Positions 20,332 through 31,477 are shown, numbered from the stretch's first letter. The stretch is DNA of 64,000 nt from Acidobacteriota bacterium (GCA_965205505.1 CBDBHB010000009.1:1856001-1920000), one strand, 5' to 3'. Program-made: numbers and translations. Notes: generated by a model not told the origin, from the sequence alone.

Positions 20332-21824
20332 GACCCCTCGCGGACCCAGCCGCGGGACCGCTCTACCGCTTTGCTCCAGCCAGAGCGCATCGCAGCCACT
20401 TCTTCATCCGCTAGTTGTGGCTCGAAGCGAGATTCGATGCCCCATCGGCGAGCGAGCTCGTCGGTGTTGTCCCATACACCGGTCGCTAGCCCCGCCAGGT
20501 AGGCGGCGCCGAGCGCCGTCGATTCGAGCTGCGTGGGGCGCACTACGCGGGCACCGATGAGGTTTGCCTGGATCTGCAGGAGTAGATCGTTGGCCGCCGC
20601 GCCGCCGTCGACACGCAGCGACGGAATCTGTACGCCGGAGTCGGCTACCATCGCCTCGAGCACGTCGGCGACCTGGTGGGCAATGCCCTCGAGGGTGGCT
20701 CGAGCCAGGTGGGCCGCACTGGTGCCGCGGGTGATCCCGAGCACGGCGCCGCGCGCATAGGCATCCCAATGCGGCGCCCCGAGGCCGGCAAAAGCCGGGA
20801 CGCAATACACGCCATCGCTGTCGTCCACCTGCGCCGCCAGCGTCTCTACATCCGCCGCCGAGTCGATGATTCCGAGGCCATCGCGCAGCCATTGCACCGC
20901 CGCTCCGCCAATGAACACCGAGCCTTCGAGCGCGTATGTCGTCTGCCCGCCGAGCCGCCATGCGACAGTCGTGAGCAGTCCATTGTCCGACGCTACCGGC
21001 TCGGCCCCCGTATTCATGAGCAGGAAGCAGCCGGTACCGTAGGTGTTCTTGGACATGCCGGGTTGCACGCACATCTGACCGAACAGCGCCGCCTGCTGAT
21101 CGCCGGCAATGCCGGCCACCGGGATGGCGGCACCGAGTAGGTCAGGATCGGTTTCGCCGTACACCTCGCTCGAGTCGCGTACGGTGGGGAGCACCGCGGC
21201 GGGCACATCGAGGGCGGCCAGTAGCTCCGGGTGCCAGGTCTGCGTGTGAATATCGAACAGGAGTGTGCGCGAGGCATTGCTGGCGTCGGTGGCGTGAACC
21301 CGGCCCCCGGTCAGGTTCCAGAGCAACCAGGAGTCGACCGTGCCGAATGCCAATTCGCCCGACTCGGCAAGTTGGCGCGCCCCGTCAACGTGATCGAGCA
21401 GCCATGCCACCTTCGTACCGGAGAAGTACGGGTCGATCTGCAAGCCCGTGCACTCTCGGAACAACGTCGCCGTCGACCCGGATCGAAGCTCATCGCAACG
21501 CTCCGCCGTGCGCCGATCCTGCCAGACGATGGCGTTGTGGATCGGCTCACCGGTAGCACGGTCCCACAGCACGGTGGTCTCGCGCTGGTTGGTGATGCCG
21601 ATCGCGGCGATCTGGTGCGCCGTCAGTCCGGCGGAGGCGAGAGCATCTCGCGCCACGGCGAGCTGGGTTCGCCATATCTCCGACGCGTCATGCTCTACCC
21701 AGCCCGGGCGCGGGAAGATCTGTTCGAACTCCTGCTGCGCCTGGCCGAGCGCGAGCCCGTCGGCGTCGAAAACGATCGCACGGCTGCTGGTGGTTCCCTG
21801 GTCGAGCGCGAGAACGTTGCCCAT
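20328..21824 (-). CDS. glpK: Glycerol kinase
   Basis: [40 protein letters not shown]. Confidence 0.97.
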   Translation of the reverse strand: MGNVLALDQGTTSSRAIVFDADGLALGQAQQEFEQIFPRPGWVEHDASEIWRTQLAVARDALASAGLTAHQIAAIGITNQRETTVLWDRATGEPIHNAIVWQDRRTAERCDELRSGSTATLFRECTGLQIDPYFSGTKVAWLLDHVDGARQLAESGELAFGTVDSWLLWNLTGGRVHATDASNASRTLLFDIHTQTWHPELLAALDVPAAVLPTVRDSSEVYGETDPDLLGAAIPVAGIAGDQQAALFGQMCVQPGMSKNTYGTGCFLLMNTGAEPVASDNGLLTTVAWRLGGQTTYALEGSVFIGGAAVQWLRDGLGIIDSAADVETLAAQVDDSDGVYCVPAFAGLGAPHWDAYARGAVLGITRGTSAAHLARATLEGIAHQVADVLEAMVADSGVQIPSLRVDGGAAANDLLLQIQANLIGARVVRPTQLESTALGAAYLAGLATGVWDNTDELARRWGIESRFEPQLADEEVAAMRSGWSKAVERSRGWVREGS

Positions 21825-21845
21825 TGGTGCCTCCGATCGTGGCCG

Positions 21846-22027
21846 TTAGCGGCCCGTGGTGAAAGTGTGATGGCCTGGCGTAACCCTTCGGGCAAGTGGG
21901 AGTCACGGGCGAATGGCGACGTCGTTCCTGCTCGACGATGGCTCCAGCATCGCCTCGTCGTCGATCCTTGCCCTCGCCCGTAAGTCCCACTTGCCAGACC
22001 CACCACACTTTCACCACGGCCTGCTAG
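21846..22027. mobile_element. MITE family B, complete, single internal module
   Basis: Imperfect ~30-bp TIRs (..CCGTGGTGAAAGTGTG.. / ..CACACTTTCACCACGGCCTGCTAG); interior nearly matches 51550-51650 in reverse. Confidence 0.85.
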
Positions 22028-22044
22028 GCCCTTCAAGGTAGACG

Positions 22045-23967
22045 TCAGATACTGCCGGCGAGGATCTCCTCGGACGGATCGAGCCGGTCCCAGAGACTAC
22101 CGCCAACCCCGGCGATCGCAACAACGACGGCGAGAATCGGCGCGGCGCCGGCGATCCCCAGCACGGGCAACTCCCAGGCGCTGAGCGGGATCTCCCAGAG
22201 CCAAATCTGCGTAGCGAGCGTGGCGCCGATCACCAGCACGCCCGGAGCAAGGCCGAAGAACAGCGCGATGGATAGCCCCATGAACACCAGCAGGTTGTGG
22301 CCAAACTGGGAAGCCGCTTGCTTCTTCAGGCCGAGCGGGACCCATCCGGGGAATGTTAGCGCTGCGAGGTTCTCGAGGCCGATCGAAAGCAACGCAACCG
22401 TCAGGCTCAGCGGCAGCACCCCCAGCACGACCAGAGGGGTGAGCAGCATCGGCGAGACACCGAGCCCTGCCGCCAGATCTGTCTTGGCGGCCGCCTCCCA
22501 GAGTCCCGACGACTCGGCGGGCCCGGCGCCATTGGCGAAGTTGATCAGGCCGAGCTCGATGGCTGTATCAACGCTCACCAGCAGCAGGGCGCCGAATCCA
22601 ACGCGCATGGCTATCAGGATAAACGGCGCGGCGACCTGAGCCAGGAACATGCGTGCTCCGGGCAGTGGCCAGGGCCGGATCATCTCGAGCTTGAGCAGAT
22701 CGGTGCGCAGGTCGTTGCGCAGCGTACGGGCGGAAAACAAGGGCGGGAAGATCATCAGGGCGGCGCCGCCGATCTGCAGCACGCCGACCCATCGCGCCGG
22801 TAAGAACCCGGTCGGAACGGTGACGATCAACAGCGCGATCAAGGCTATACCGGCGGCGAACAGCGTCTTGAACGGAAGCCGCTGCACGAGCATCACGTTC
22901 TTCCAAACGATGGCCATCTCGGGCCTGCTGCGCGGTGTCAAAGGGAACGGCCGCCACTGCCGTCGACGCTGCGATCGGCGCCAAAGTCGAGCGCTGGGGT
23001 CAGCGTCGCGGCCGCGTTGCCTCGCATGTTCGAGGGCGGCCTCCTCGAAGCGCGCCTGCCCACGCACTACCCATTCGTTGTGCGCCAGCAACAACAGCAA
23101 CGGAATCGCCCAGGCGGCCAGCAGCTGGATGGGACTCGTTGCCCCGATGCCGGCAAAGACGGGGGCGATGAACAACAGGAACGGGGTCAGCGCCCAGCCG
23201 AGAGGTCCGCCCCATGCGTTGTCGGCGTGCACGGAGGCGATCTCGACCAGCACGTTCAGGCCGTCGCGGCTCAGTGCTGTCGGGGTGGCGGGCGCCGCTA
23301 GAACCTCCAAGAAAACTGCATTCAGACCAGCGATCACGAGGACCCACCAGACGAGCAGTGTGGCCCACAGCAGGATCCGGCCCCGCCAGGCGGCGCCGCG
23401 CGGCATCTCGGCCAGACGTGCTAGCCACAGGCCCCGGCCTTTCGAGTGCAGATCCCAGATGCTCATCAAGATCCAGACCGCTGCGAACGTGGCCAGGGCG
23501 GTGCCGATCCCACGCGGCCGTGAAAAAAAGGTCACGATCGCTACCCCGAATAGCACTCCAGGCTGACTGCGTAGAACGCCGTACTGGATCAGGCGGCGGC
23601 GCGGCACCGGGGCAGGCAGCAGCAGGTGTAGCTCGGATTCACTGAACTGCAGCGCGTTCCTGCCGAAGGGCACCAGCCACCAAAGGGTGATACCGCCGGC
23701 AAGCAGCAACGCGATGCTGAGCTGCAAGGCTCTGCCGAGCGGGCCTGCGAGCGACTCCAACGCTTCGGCCGGCAATCCGAACTGCACATCCCCCGAGAAA
23801 TCGAGGCCTACAGGCGACCTCCCAAACACGCCCGACAACCAGAACGCCACCCATCCGGCCCCTATGAGGAAGCCGAGCAGGTAACGCGGCTCGCGCAGGC
23901 ACCGTAGCGCTTGGACGATGCGCCCCCGGGCGGACCTCACGAGCAGGAAGAGCAACGCTCGCGTCAA
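22045..23967 (-). CDS. Putative ABC exporter membrane subunit
   Basis: Many TM helices, FSESELHLLLPAPV, AIVWKN, NDLRTDL..IRPWP; downstream of ABC ATPase. Confidence 0.75.
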   Translation of the reverse strand: MTRALLFLLVRSARGRIVQALRCLREPRYLLGFLIGAGWVAFWLSGVFGRSPVGLDFSGDVQFGLPAEALESLAGPLGRALQLSIALLLAGGITLWWLVPFGRNALQFSESELHLLLPAPVPRRRLIQYGVLRSQPGVLFGVAIVTFFSRPRGIGTALATFAAVWILMSIWDLHSKGRGLWLARLAEMPRGAAWRGRILLWATLLVWWVLVIAGLNAVFLEVLAAPATPTALSRDGLNVLVEIASVHADNAWGGPLGWALTPFLLFIAPVFAGIGATSPIQLLAAWAIPLLLLLAHNEWVVRGQARFEEAALEHARQRGRDADPSARLWRRSQRRRQWRPFPLTPRSRPEMAIVWKNVMLVQRLPFKTLFAAGIALIALLIVTVPTGFLPARWVGVLQIGGAALMIFPPLFSARTLRNDLRTDLLKLEMIRPWPLPGARMFLAQVAAPFILIAMRVGFGALLLVSVDTAIELGLINFANGAGPAESSGLWEAAAKTDLAAGLGVSPMLLTPLVVLGVLPLSLTVALLSIGLENLAALTFPGWVPLGLKKQAASQFGHNLLVFMGLSIALFFGLAPGVLVIGATLATQIWLWEIPLSAWELPVLGIAGAAPILAVVVAIAGVGGSLWDRLDPSEEILAGSI

Positions 23968-24708
23968 GACGTGTCATCCAGCCCGGTGGCGCGCAGGAAG
24001 ATCTCTTCCAGGTCGGCATCGCCCGAGAGATCGGGGACCGCGGCGCGGATCTCGTCGAGGGTGCCGGCGACCGCGCGTCGGCCATTGTTGATGATCAGGA
24101 TGCGCCCGCAGATCTCTTCCACCAGGTGCAGCATGTGTGACGAGATCAGCACCGCCGCGCCTGCCGCCGCCGTGGCGATGATGGTGCGTTTGGTGCGGCG
24201 CATCGCCGCCGGGTCGAGCCCGGTGAGCGGCTCGTCGAGGATCAGTACCTTCGGTGAGTGTAACAACGCGCACGACAGCAGGAGCTTCTGCTTCATGCCG
24301 CGCGACAGCTCGCCGGGGAACGCGTGGCGGCGATCCCCCAGCGCGTTTTCGCGCAGCAACTTCTCGGCGCGCGAGGTGCTCTCGGCAACGTCGTACAGAC
24401 GAGCGAACAGCTCGAGGTGATCGGAGACCGTCAGGTGGTCGAACAAGTGCGGCTCGTCCGGAACGAAGGCCAATCCTCGCCGCGCCTCGACGGGTGCTTC
24501 GGTCAGATCGTGGCCAGCAATATGAATGCGGCCGGAGGTTAGCCGGTACAATTCCGGCGAGGCATCTCAACGTGGTGGTCTTGCCAGCGCCGTTGGGACC
24601 CACGAGACCGAGTATCTCGCCGCCGGCCACGCTGATCGACAGGCTGTCGACAGCACGGTGTCCAGCGTAGTCTTTTACCAGCTCATCGATTTGAATCAGC
24701 GCGTCCAC
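23964..24708 (-). pseudogene. ABC transporter ATP-binding protein, 1-nt frameshift near 24545
   Basis: Walker A GPNGAGKTT in one frame; LSRGMKQK and ILDEP in another. Confidence 0.85.
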
Positions 24709-24889
24709 TGGGCCATGGTACCCGCTTGGCAAGCAATGCCTCGGCACTCGGGTCGCGGTCGGTACGAGCCGACCACCGAGCGGTCGGTTGTGGCGGCCAG
24801 CCGGCCGGAGACACCGGCTGCGCCGGTGAATCGGCGTATCATCAACTCTGGAATCCGGTCCTGTGGCCCCTGTGTAGGAGATCGATCCC

Positions 24890-26185
24890 ATGCCCCCAAT
24901 AATGCTGACGCGAACTGCGACCGTCGCCCTGGCTTTCGGCTTCGCGATGCTGCTGGTGCCAGCGTCGGGTGCGAGCCCGGCGCCGCAACCGACGGCTTCG
25001 ATTGCTGGCCAGGAGACCGGGACGCGTCGCGTCGTCGCGGTGGGCGACATCCACGGCGCCTACGACGAGCTGGTTTCGGTGCTTCAAGTTGCGGGCATCG
25101 TCGACGACGATCTGAAGTGGAGCGGCGGCGACACCGTGTTCGTTCAGACGGGCGACTTCATGGACCGCGGTGCCGGCGTGCGCCAGGTGATGGACTTGCT
25201 GATGCGGCTACAAGGGGAGGCGCCCGACTCCGGTGGCGAGGTGGTCGTGTTGCTCGGCAACCACGAGGTCATGAACCTGATCGGCGAGTTTCGCGACGCG
25301 ACCGACGAGCAGATGGCGAGGTTTTCCGGCGGTGAGGACGCGGACGACGTTCTCGATAGTGCATGGGACGAGCTGCAGCGCGTAATCGAGTCAACGTCGA
25401 CCGGTAGGATGTCGTCCCGGCGGCGTCGCGATCTGCGCAACAGCTGGCAGGAGAACACATCGGCCGAACGTATTGCATATGTCCGCGCCCTCGGACCGGG
25501 TGGGTCGTATGGCGCCTGGCTCAGGACCCTGCCCTTGTCTGCCACGATCGACGGCATCGTCTTTATGCACGCCGGTGTGGCGCCCGAGCACTCCGGACGA
25601 GGGCTCGAGGTTCTCAACCAGCGGGTTGCCGCCGAGATTGCCGCCCTTGACGCGTACAGGGAGGCACTGCTAGAGGCTCGCCTGGTGACCTCGTTCGGGG
25701 AGCTGAGGGATGTCATACGGGCTGCCATGCAACAGACCGGTGGGCTCGAGTGGCTCGACCGCGCGAAAACAGGTCTGCCGGAGCTTTCGGGTGCGAGCGG
25801 TGATTCTGAGGACGACAAGAGGGCCTGGTATGAAGCGCTTTTTCGCATTCAGCAGTGGTACGTGCTGGCTGAGCGCGGCCCCTTGTGGTTTCGCGGGTTG
25901 GTGGCCTTGTCGGATCCGGATCACGCAGCGGTGCTCGAGGCGGTTCTTGGCGCCCTGGGGGCGCGGGCGATCGTCATCGGGCACACGCCGCAGGCCGATG
26001 GCATTGTCTCAAGGTTCGACGGCCGGCTGTTCATGATCGACACTGGCATGCTCGCCTCCGTGTACGAGGGGCGGCCGGCGGCACTCGAGATTGGCGGCGA
26101 GGGCGCCGCAGCCCTTTATGCCGACGGCACCCGGGTGGAGCTACAACGTCCCGCCATGCCGATAGCTGTCAGCGGCACCCGCTGA
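24890..26185 (+). CDS. Secreted metallophosphoesterase (Shewanella-like phosphatase)
   Basis: Signal peptide; GDIHG, GDFMDRG, GNHE, HAG, GPLWFRG, GHT, IDTG. Confidence 0.88.
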   Translation: MPPIMLTRTATVALAFGFAMLLVPASGASPAPQPTASIAGQETGTRRVVAVGDIHGAYDELVSVLQVAGIVDDDLKWSGGDTVFVQTGDFMDRGAGVRQVMDLLMRLQGEAPDSGGEVVVLLGNHEVMNLIGEFRDATDEQMARFSGGEDADDVLDSAWDELQRVIESTSTGRMSSRRRRDLRNSWQENTSAERIAYVRALGPGGSYGAWLRTLPLSATIDGIVFMHAGVAPEHSGRGLEVLNQRVAAEIAALDAYREALLEARLVTSFGELRDVIRAAMQQTGGLEWLDRAKTGLPELSGASGDSEDDKRAWYEALFRIQQWYVLAERGPLWFRGLVALSDPDHAAVLEAVLGALGARAIVIGHTPQADGIVSRFDGRLFMIDTGMLASVYEGRPAALEIGGEGAAALYADGTRVELQRPAMPIAVSGTR

Positions 26186-26205
26186 TCCTTACGAGGGCTC
26201 CGCAG

Positions 26206-26946
26206 ATGGAGGTGAACTGGCGCCGCCTGCTCGGCGCTCGGATGAGCCGCGAGCTCGCCGTGTGTGTGATCTCGGAGGGTGTTGGGACGTTTTTCCTCAC
26301 CTTCATGGTGGCGGCGGCGATCTGCACCGACTCCTACAGCGGCGGCCAGCTTGGCATTGTGGGGATAGCGCTGGCTCATGGGCTGACGTTGGCGGCCATC
26401 GTCAGCTCGCTTGGCCACGTGTCCGGGGCGCACGTCAATCCGGCGGTAACGTTGGGGGCGCTACTCGTGCGAGCTATTGAGCCGTCGCGAGCTCTCGCTT
26501 ACTTCGGAGCTCAGCTGATGGGAGCGCTCGTTGCCGGCCTGATGCTGGCGGCGACCTTCGGCGCCGACGTGTGGCAGCCTGTGCACCTCGGCGCGCCGGC
26601 GTTGGGATTCGGCGTGGCGGTGGGGACGGGCGTGTTCTTGGAGATGATACTGACGCTCGTGTTGGTGTTCGTAGTCCTGCAGATGGCGGCCGACCGGCGT
26701 GCTCCACGGCATGTGCACGGCTTGGTTATAGGTGCCACGCTGGGGGCCGCCGTGCTCGTCGGTGGTCCCTTGACGGGGGCTGCCCTCAACCCCGCCCGCG
26801 CCTTCGGGCCGGCCCTCGCCGCCGGGTACTGGGCTTCCCACTACGTATACTGGCTGGGGCCGCTGCTCGGCGGTGTGGTCGCGGCGGTGTTGAACGGCTA
26901 TCTCAGCTCTGGTGAGTCGATGAGCTTGGGTGAGGACGGGGAATGA
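26206..26946 (+). CDS. Major intrinsic protein (aquaporin)
   Basis: Two NPA motifs (SGAHVNPAVT, ALNPARAFGP); alternative start at 26242. Confidence 0.92.
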   Translation: MEVNWRRLLGARMSRELAVCVISEGVGTFFLTFMVAAAICTDSYSGGQLGIVGIALAHGLTLAAIVSSLGHVSGAHVNPAVTLGALLVRAIEPSRALAYFGAQLMGALVAGLMLAATFGADVWQPVHLGAPALGFGVAVGTGVFLEMILTLVLVFVVLQMAADRRAPRHVHGLVIGATLGAAVLVGGPLTGAALNPARAFGPALAAGYWASHYVYWLGPLLGGVVAAVLNGYLSSGESMSLGEDGE

Positions 26947-28358
26947 GAAGGGTGGCCGCGGTGGCAACCATGGCGCTCTCGGGACTGGTGGTGGCCTGCT
27001 CGGCGGGCGCTCCAGAGATGACGGTACCGCAGCGACTGGTGCTGATCACCATCGACACGTTGCGCGCTGACCACATGTCGAGCTTCGGCTATCCGATTGC
27101 CACGACGCCGTTCCTGGATCGACTGGCAGCGGAAGGGACACTATTCACGCGTGCCTATGCCCATTCCGCGACCACCAAGCCCTCGCATTCGTCGATGTTC
27201 ACGTCGCTGTATCCAGTGCAGCACCGCGTCCAGAACAACGGTCTGGTTCTCGACGAGGAGTTCGAGACGATGGCAGAGCTACTAGGTGCAGCCGGGTATG
27301 CGACGGCGGCGTTCGTGAGCACGGACGCGCCGCTGGGAGGCAACGTCAGACAGGGCTTCGAGGAATGGGATCAGCATCGGGTCGACCGCGAGATGGAGGG
27401 CGGGCGCAAGCTGTACCGTGACGCGGGCGACACCGTCGATCGTGCACTGGCTTGGGTCGGCGAGGCGGTCGCTGACGGTCGAGAGAGCTTCTTTCTATGG
27501 GTCCATGTGTACGATCCCCACAAGCCGCTGCAGCCGCCGGACGAGGTTCTCGAGGAGGTCGAGGGCATGATCGCCGAGCTCGGCGAGCAGGCGTATCGTG
27601 ATCTGCTGGTGAGCCGTGGCATTCCGGCCGCCGACGAGGATAGCGGGGCGCGCACCGATGTGGCCGCTTATGACGCCGAGATCATGTATGCAGATCGGCA
27701 GCTGGCACGCTTGTTTGCGCACTTCGACGCCGCCGGCCTCAACGACGAGGCAGTTTGGATTGTCACCTCGGATCATGGCCAGGGGCTCGGCGCTCATGAT
27801 TGGTTCGGGCATTCCAAGCAGATATACAACGCCCAGCTCTGGGTGCCGTTGCTGTTCTGGCGCGCCGACGGCGCGGCAGGGATTCGCGTGCACGAGCGCG
27901 TCGTTCAACATGTCGACATGTTACCGACGGTGGCGGCGATCTTCCAGCTGACCCCAAACCAGATCATGCCCATGCAGGGCCGATCTCTTACGCAGTATCT
28001 GGGCGGCGGCCGACCACGCGATGCCGGATGGTTTGCCTTCGCCGAGCGTAGCTACTACGAGGATGCCTCGATGCGGCGGCAGCAGCGTGGCAACTATGAG
28101 GCCGGCGAGCGCTACGCGATCCAAGACATCGAATACAAGTACCTTCGCTACGAAGAGGGCGCCGACGAGTTCTATGACCTGCGCAGTGACCCGTATGAGC
28201 TGGTCAACTTGATCGCCGCCCCGGAACTCGCGGAGCGGCGCGATCAGATGCGCGACGTGCTGGCCTCTTTGTTAGAGAACATGCCGAGCGAGCGCGAGGC
28301 GCAGACCGTGTCGCCGGAAGACCTGGCGCGCTTGCGCGACCTCGGGTACTTGCAGTAG
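26943..28358 (+). CDS. Sulfatase-like lipoprotein with Thr at the catalytic position and C-terminal LRDLGYL tail
   Basis: Lipobox VVAC, ITIDTLRADH, TKPSHSSMFT, DPH, SDHG, DPYELVN. Confidence 0.85.
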   Translation: MRRVAAVATMALSGLVVACSAGAPEMTVPQRLVLITIDTLRADHMSSFGYPIATTPFLDRLAAEGTLFTRAYAHSATTKPSHSSMFTSLYPVQHRVQNNGLVLDEEFETMAELLGAAGYATAAFVSTDAPLGGNVRQGFEEWDQHRVDREMEGGRKLYRDAGDTVDRALAWVGEAVADGRESFFLWVHVYDPHKPLQPPDEVLEEVEGMIAELGEQAYRDLLVSRGIPAADEDSGARTDVAAYDAEIMYADRQLARLFAHFDAAGLNDEAVWIVTSDHGQGLGAHDWFGHSKQIYNAQLWVPLLFWRADGAAGIRVHERVVQHVDMLPTVAAIFQLTPNQIMPMQGRSLTQYLGGGRPRDAGWFAFAERSYYEDASMRRQQRGNYEAGERYAIQDIEYKYLRYEEGADEFYDLRSDPYELVNLIAAPELAERRDQMRDVLASLLENMPSEREAQTVSPEDLARLRDLGYLQ

Positions 28359-28359
28359 T

Positions 28360-28370
28360 CAGGCCACTAG
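28360..28370. repeat. Family A MITE end remnant CAGGCCACTAG between convergent stop codons
   Basis: Identical to the last 11 bp of element A (51977-51987). Confidence 0.5.
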
Positions 28371-29206
28371 ATGGTTACCCCGAAGCGTCCCTTTAGGGCG
28401 AAGGCGAGGGCAATCGTCAAGATGAAGAAAACGATCAGCCAGTCGGTCTCGAAGCCGAGAACACCGACAGCACGCGTCGGGTAGATAACCTCGATCTCGA
28501 TGATAGCCCCGTCGCGGGGTAGGGAAGGCTCGGCCGGGTACAGCAGCGAATTCAAGAACCCAGGCTTGAGCCTATAGGGCGATCGACGCACGACAGCGTC
28601 GGACACCACGATCCGCTTGGTGACGCGTTGGCCGGCGGCTTCGATCTGTACCTCGAAGTTACCTGGGCTGTCGGCCACGATCCGCCAGGCGAGCTGATTT
28701 CGCGCCGGTATCCAGACGCGCGGGCTGTCGAGCCGTAGACCGGCGGGCAAGCTCACGGCGGACTCTGGAGCGGTGCTGGTGGCTAGTCCGTCATCGAGGC
28801 TCACCTGCAGAACGGTCTGCTCGCCAACCGTGAGGCCCCGATACGCGTAGTGGAATTGCAGCTGGGCAATGACCAAGACGAACGGCACTATCATGAACAC
28901 CATCGGCACCAGGTTCAGGCCGAGATAGGTCATGTTGTCGCGCAGGATGCCGCCCTGAGCACGCAGGATCGCCACGATGTCGTCGTTGAACAGGCGGATC
29001 TCGAACAGGCCGGCGGCGATCTTGCGCTTGACGCGCTCAATCGCCGGCTGGTTGGAGGTGGCGCGGTATCCGAGCAACATCAGCACCGAGCAGCCCAGCG
29101 ACACTATCGTCAGCCCGACCATCGGGTGTAGCTGCCGAAAGGGCAACAGCATCAGGTCGAATAGGGGGCGCAATAGCCCGTTCACAGCGCCGAGAATGGC
29201 GTTCAT
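28367..29206 (-). CDS. Three-TM membrane protein, DUF106/EMC3/TMCO1 (Oxa1 superfamily)-like topology
   Basis: Amphipathic N-helix, TM1, charged helical hairpin, TM2 (PMVFMIVPF), soluble beta-rich region, C-terminal TM3 (WLIVFFIL..LKGRFGV). Confidence 0.6.
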   Translation of the reverse strand: MNAILGAVNGLLRPLFDLMLLPFRQLHPMVGLTIVSLGCSVLMLLGYRATSNQPAIERVKRKIAAGLFEIRLFNDDIVAILRAQGGILRDNMTYLGLNLVPMVFMIVPFVLVIAQLQFHYAYRGLTVGEQTVLQVSLDDGLATSTAPESAVSLPAGLRLDSPRVWIPARNQLAWRIVADSPGNFEVQIEAAGQRVTKRIVVSDAVVRRSPYRLKPGFLNSLLYPAEPSLPRDGAIIEIEVIYPTRAVGVLGFETDWLIVFFILTIALAFALKGRFGVTI

Positions 29207-29227
29207 CGTGATGTGCTCGTTGTCAGG

Positions 29228-29422
29228 TCAGGAAATGTAGCCGAGACCCTGGAGCTTCTTGCGGATATCCTCTTCGGAGTCGGCCTCCTCCAGGACGGCG
29301 AGCTCCTTCTCAAGCGCATAGGTGATGAACTCCTCGACCGAGGAGTATCCGGCTATGTCCGCATACTTCCTGACGCGGTTGAGTAAACCACTGTCCAGTT
29401 TGATCTTGCCGCCTCCGAACAT
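29228..29422 (-). CDS. Small ribbon-helix-helix (CopG-like) protein with C-terminal LQGLGYI tail
   Basis: IKLD..LLNRV..GYSSVEEFITYAL pattern; in operon. Confidence 0.75.
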   Translation of the reverse strand: MFGGGKIKLDSGLLNRVRKYADIAGYSSVEEFITYALEKELAVLEEADSEEDIRKKLQGLGYIS

Positions 29423-29459
29423 CCTTCATCTCCTGTTACCGGACACTAGGGACAGACCG

Positions 29460-31451
29460 TCAATTCGTCTCAACCGTCACCGGGGTGCTGCCGTCCGGGA
29501 AGCCGTCGATGCCGTACTCGGCGAGCAGAGATGCTGCCAGGTTCTGCAGCGACGACGCCGGGCGCGCCAGAGCGCGGCTGGTTAGCAGCACGCCCGGAAC
29601 CGCCGCCGGGTCCCAGATGTGGTCGCCTGACCAATCGTCGGTGTTGTCGGTAATGAACTCCGCTTCCAGCCCGCCGAGAGCGCCGTTGCCAGAACCACGC
29701 ACGTGCGGTGCGTAGCCGACGATGATGTCGGGCCCTATCTCCAGATGGCCGCGGTCGTGGAAGTCGCGTTCACGAATGAACACTCGTGTGATGGCCGGTT
29801 CACCGGTGGCCGGATCCACGGTGGCCAGCAAGTCACGTTCGAGCTGGAGGAGCAACTCGTCGCGGTCGCCGGGCGCCACCAGGCCCTGTGACTCACGGCC
29901 ACGAATGTTCAAGTACAGGGCGCTGATGCCGACACTGTACGCCTGAGTGGCGTTCCAGTCGACGCCGCCGAAGAACTCCCGAATAGGTAGTCGCGTGCGG
30001 CGCTGCAGCGCCATGTAGCCGTTCTCGTGCAGCCATGTGTTGAGGTTGAACGACCGGCGCCAGCTGCCAAACCCGTGGTCCGACATGATGACCAACAAGG
30101 TGTCGTCGGAGATGCGATCCAGCGTGTGGCCGACCAGCGCGTCGAACTCCTCGTACAGGCTCGGAATGATGTCACGATACCGGTCGTGGCTCTCGGCCAC
30201 GTATGCCGGGTGCTCCGGGTCGCGCGTCAAGCCCCACATGACATGCGAGATTTGGTCGGCGCTACCGAAATACGAGAACAGAAAGCCGCCGTTCCAGTTC
30301 TCCAGGAGATGCTTGTACTGTGCCGTCGTCTCGTCGCGGGTGAGCGTGACCTGCGTGAGGAACTCGTCGAGGTCGAAGACGCCCCACTGGAGTGCCTTGG
30401 TGTCCTGCGGCATCTCCTGCGTGTAGTAGCGGCCGGTGGCGTTGCCCAGCTCGGTGGCGAACGAGTCTGGGTGCGAGATCGCCGACCCAGGGTTGAGAGG
30501 GTCTATCTGAATCGGCGTGACGTAGAGGCCGAAGTCCTGACGCACCGACTTGAGGTAGAAGCGCACCGCGCCCGAGATCGACATTACGTAGGGCACGAGA
30601 TCGAAGTCGGCACTGACCCAGGGGCTCCACTCGCCCTCCTGCAGGATGAGCTCTTGGTCGTTGATCACGATCTTCACAACGGGGTTGTCGGGATCGATAA
30701 ATACCTCGAAGTCGGCTCCCACCGCATCGCCCTCTTCCAGTGTAAAGGGGTTGTCGGTGAGGGCGTACAGGGTTCCGCTGAACACGCCATCGATGATGTC
30801 GGCGGGGTAGATATGCCCGCCCGACACGTCGGTCTTCATGAATTGGCGGCGATCGGTGGAGAAGAACGTAAACTCGCCGGGCGTGCCGCCGAGGTCCGGC
30901 GTCCCCATGCCCGAGAGCTCGCGGGCGCCGGCGCCCACGGGCGGAAAGTTGGCAGGCATCCGTATGAGAGTGCTGTCGATTCCGTTGTCGGTAAGCAATT
31001 GCCAGAACGGTGTGCCGTACCGCGCCAGTTGGATGTCACCGCCGCTGAGAGGGAAGGACCAGCCGCCAAGCGTGAGCGACCTGCCCACCGGGGTCTCCTT
31101 GGTCATCGCTTGATAAGGCCAACCGAAGGGCAGCGGCGGATCACGCTCGAGGTCACGATGCAGGAAGTCGTAGATCCCATGACCGCCGGAGTCCATGCCG
31201 GTGATGAAGTTCGACCAGGCCACCGGACTTTGTGGGGTCAGCGACGTTTCCAGGGGCGCGAAGGTGCCAGAGTCCGCGAGCCGTTTGAAGTTCGGCAAGC
31301 GGCCGGCGTCGATAAGCTCCTGCGTCAGGGTGTAGTCGAGCCCGTCGATCCCCAGCACGATGACGTTCGGTCCGTCTGATCTCGGTCCGCCGCCGCAGGC
31401 GCTGATCGTCGATACGACCAGCAGCAGACTCCACAGCATGGCGGATCGCAT
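29460..31451 (-). CDS. Nucleotide pyrophosphatase/phosphodiesterase-family (AlkP superfamily) lipoprotein
   Basis: Lipobox ISAC, VLGIDG, PQSPVAWSNFITG, SDHGF, WSGDH; start reset to MRSAM. Confidence 0.85.
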   Translation of the reverse strand: MRSAMLWSLLLVVSTISACGGGPRSDGPNVIVLGIDGLDYTLTQELIDAGRLPNFKRLADSGTFAPLETSLTPQSPVAWSNFITGMDSGGHGIYDFLHRDLERDPPLPFGWPYQAMTKETPVGRSLTLGGWSFPLSGGDIQLARYGTPFWQLLTDNGIDSTLIRMPANFPPVGAGARELSGMGTPDLGGTPGEFTFFSTDRRQFMKTDVSGGHIYPADIIDGVFSGTLYALTDNPFTLEEGDAVGADFEVFIDPDNPVVKIVINDQELILQEGEWSPWVSADFDLVPYVMSISGAVRFYLKSVRQDFGLYVTPIQIDPLNPGSAISHPDSFATELGNATGRYYTQEMPQDTKALQWGVFDLDEFLTQVTLTRDETTAQYKHLLENWNGGFLFSYFGSADQISHVMWGLTRDPEHPAYVAESHDRYRDIIPSLYEEFDALVGHTLDRISDDTLLVIMSDHGFGSWRRSFNLNTWLHENGYMALQRRTRLPIREFFGGVDWNATQAYSVGISALYLNIRGRESQGLVAPGDRDELLLQLERDLLATVDPATGEPAITRVFIRERDFHDRGHLEIGPDIIVGYAPHVRGSGNGALGGLEAEFITDNTDDWSGDHIWDPAAVPGVLLTSRALARPASSLQNLAASLLAEYGIDGFPDGSTPVTVETN

Positions 31452-31477
31452 CGTTGGCCGGCCGCCGCGAGGTGCAC

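Noticed and set aside
26206-26946. Calling the MIP gene glpF because glpK/glpD are nearby
   Set aside because: Second motif is NPARAF rather than the GlpF-type NPARD, and it lies in a different transcription unit
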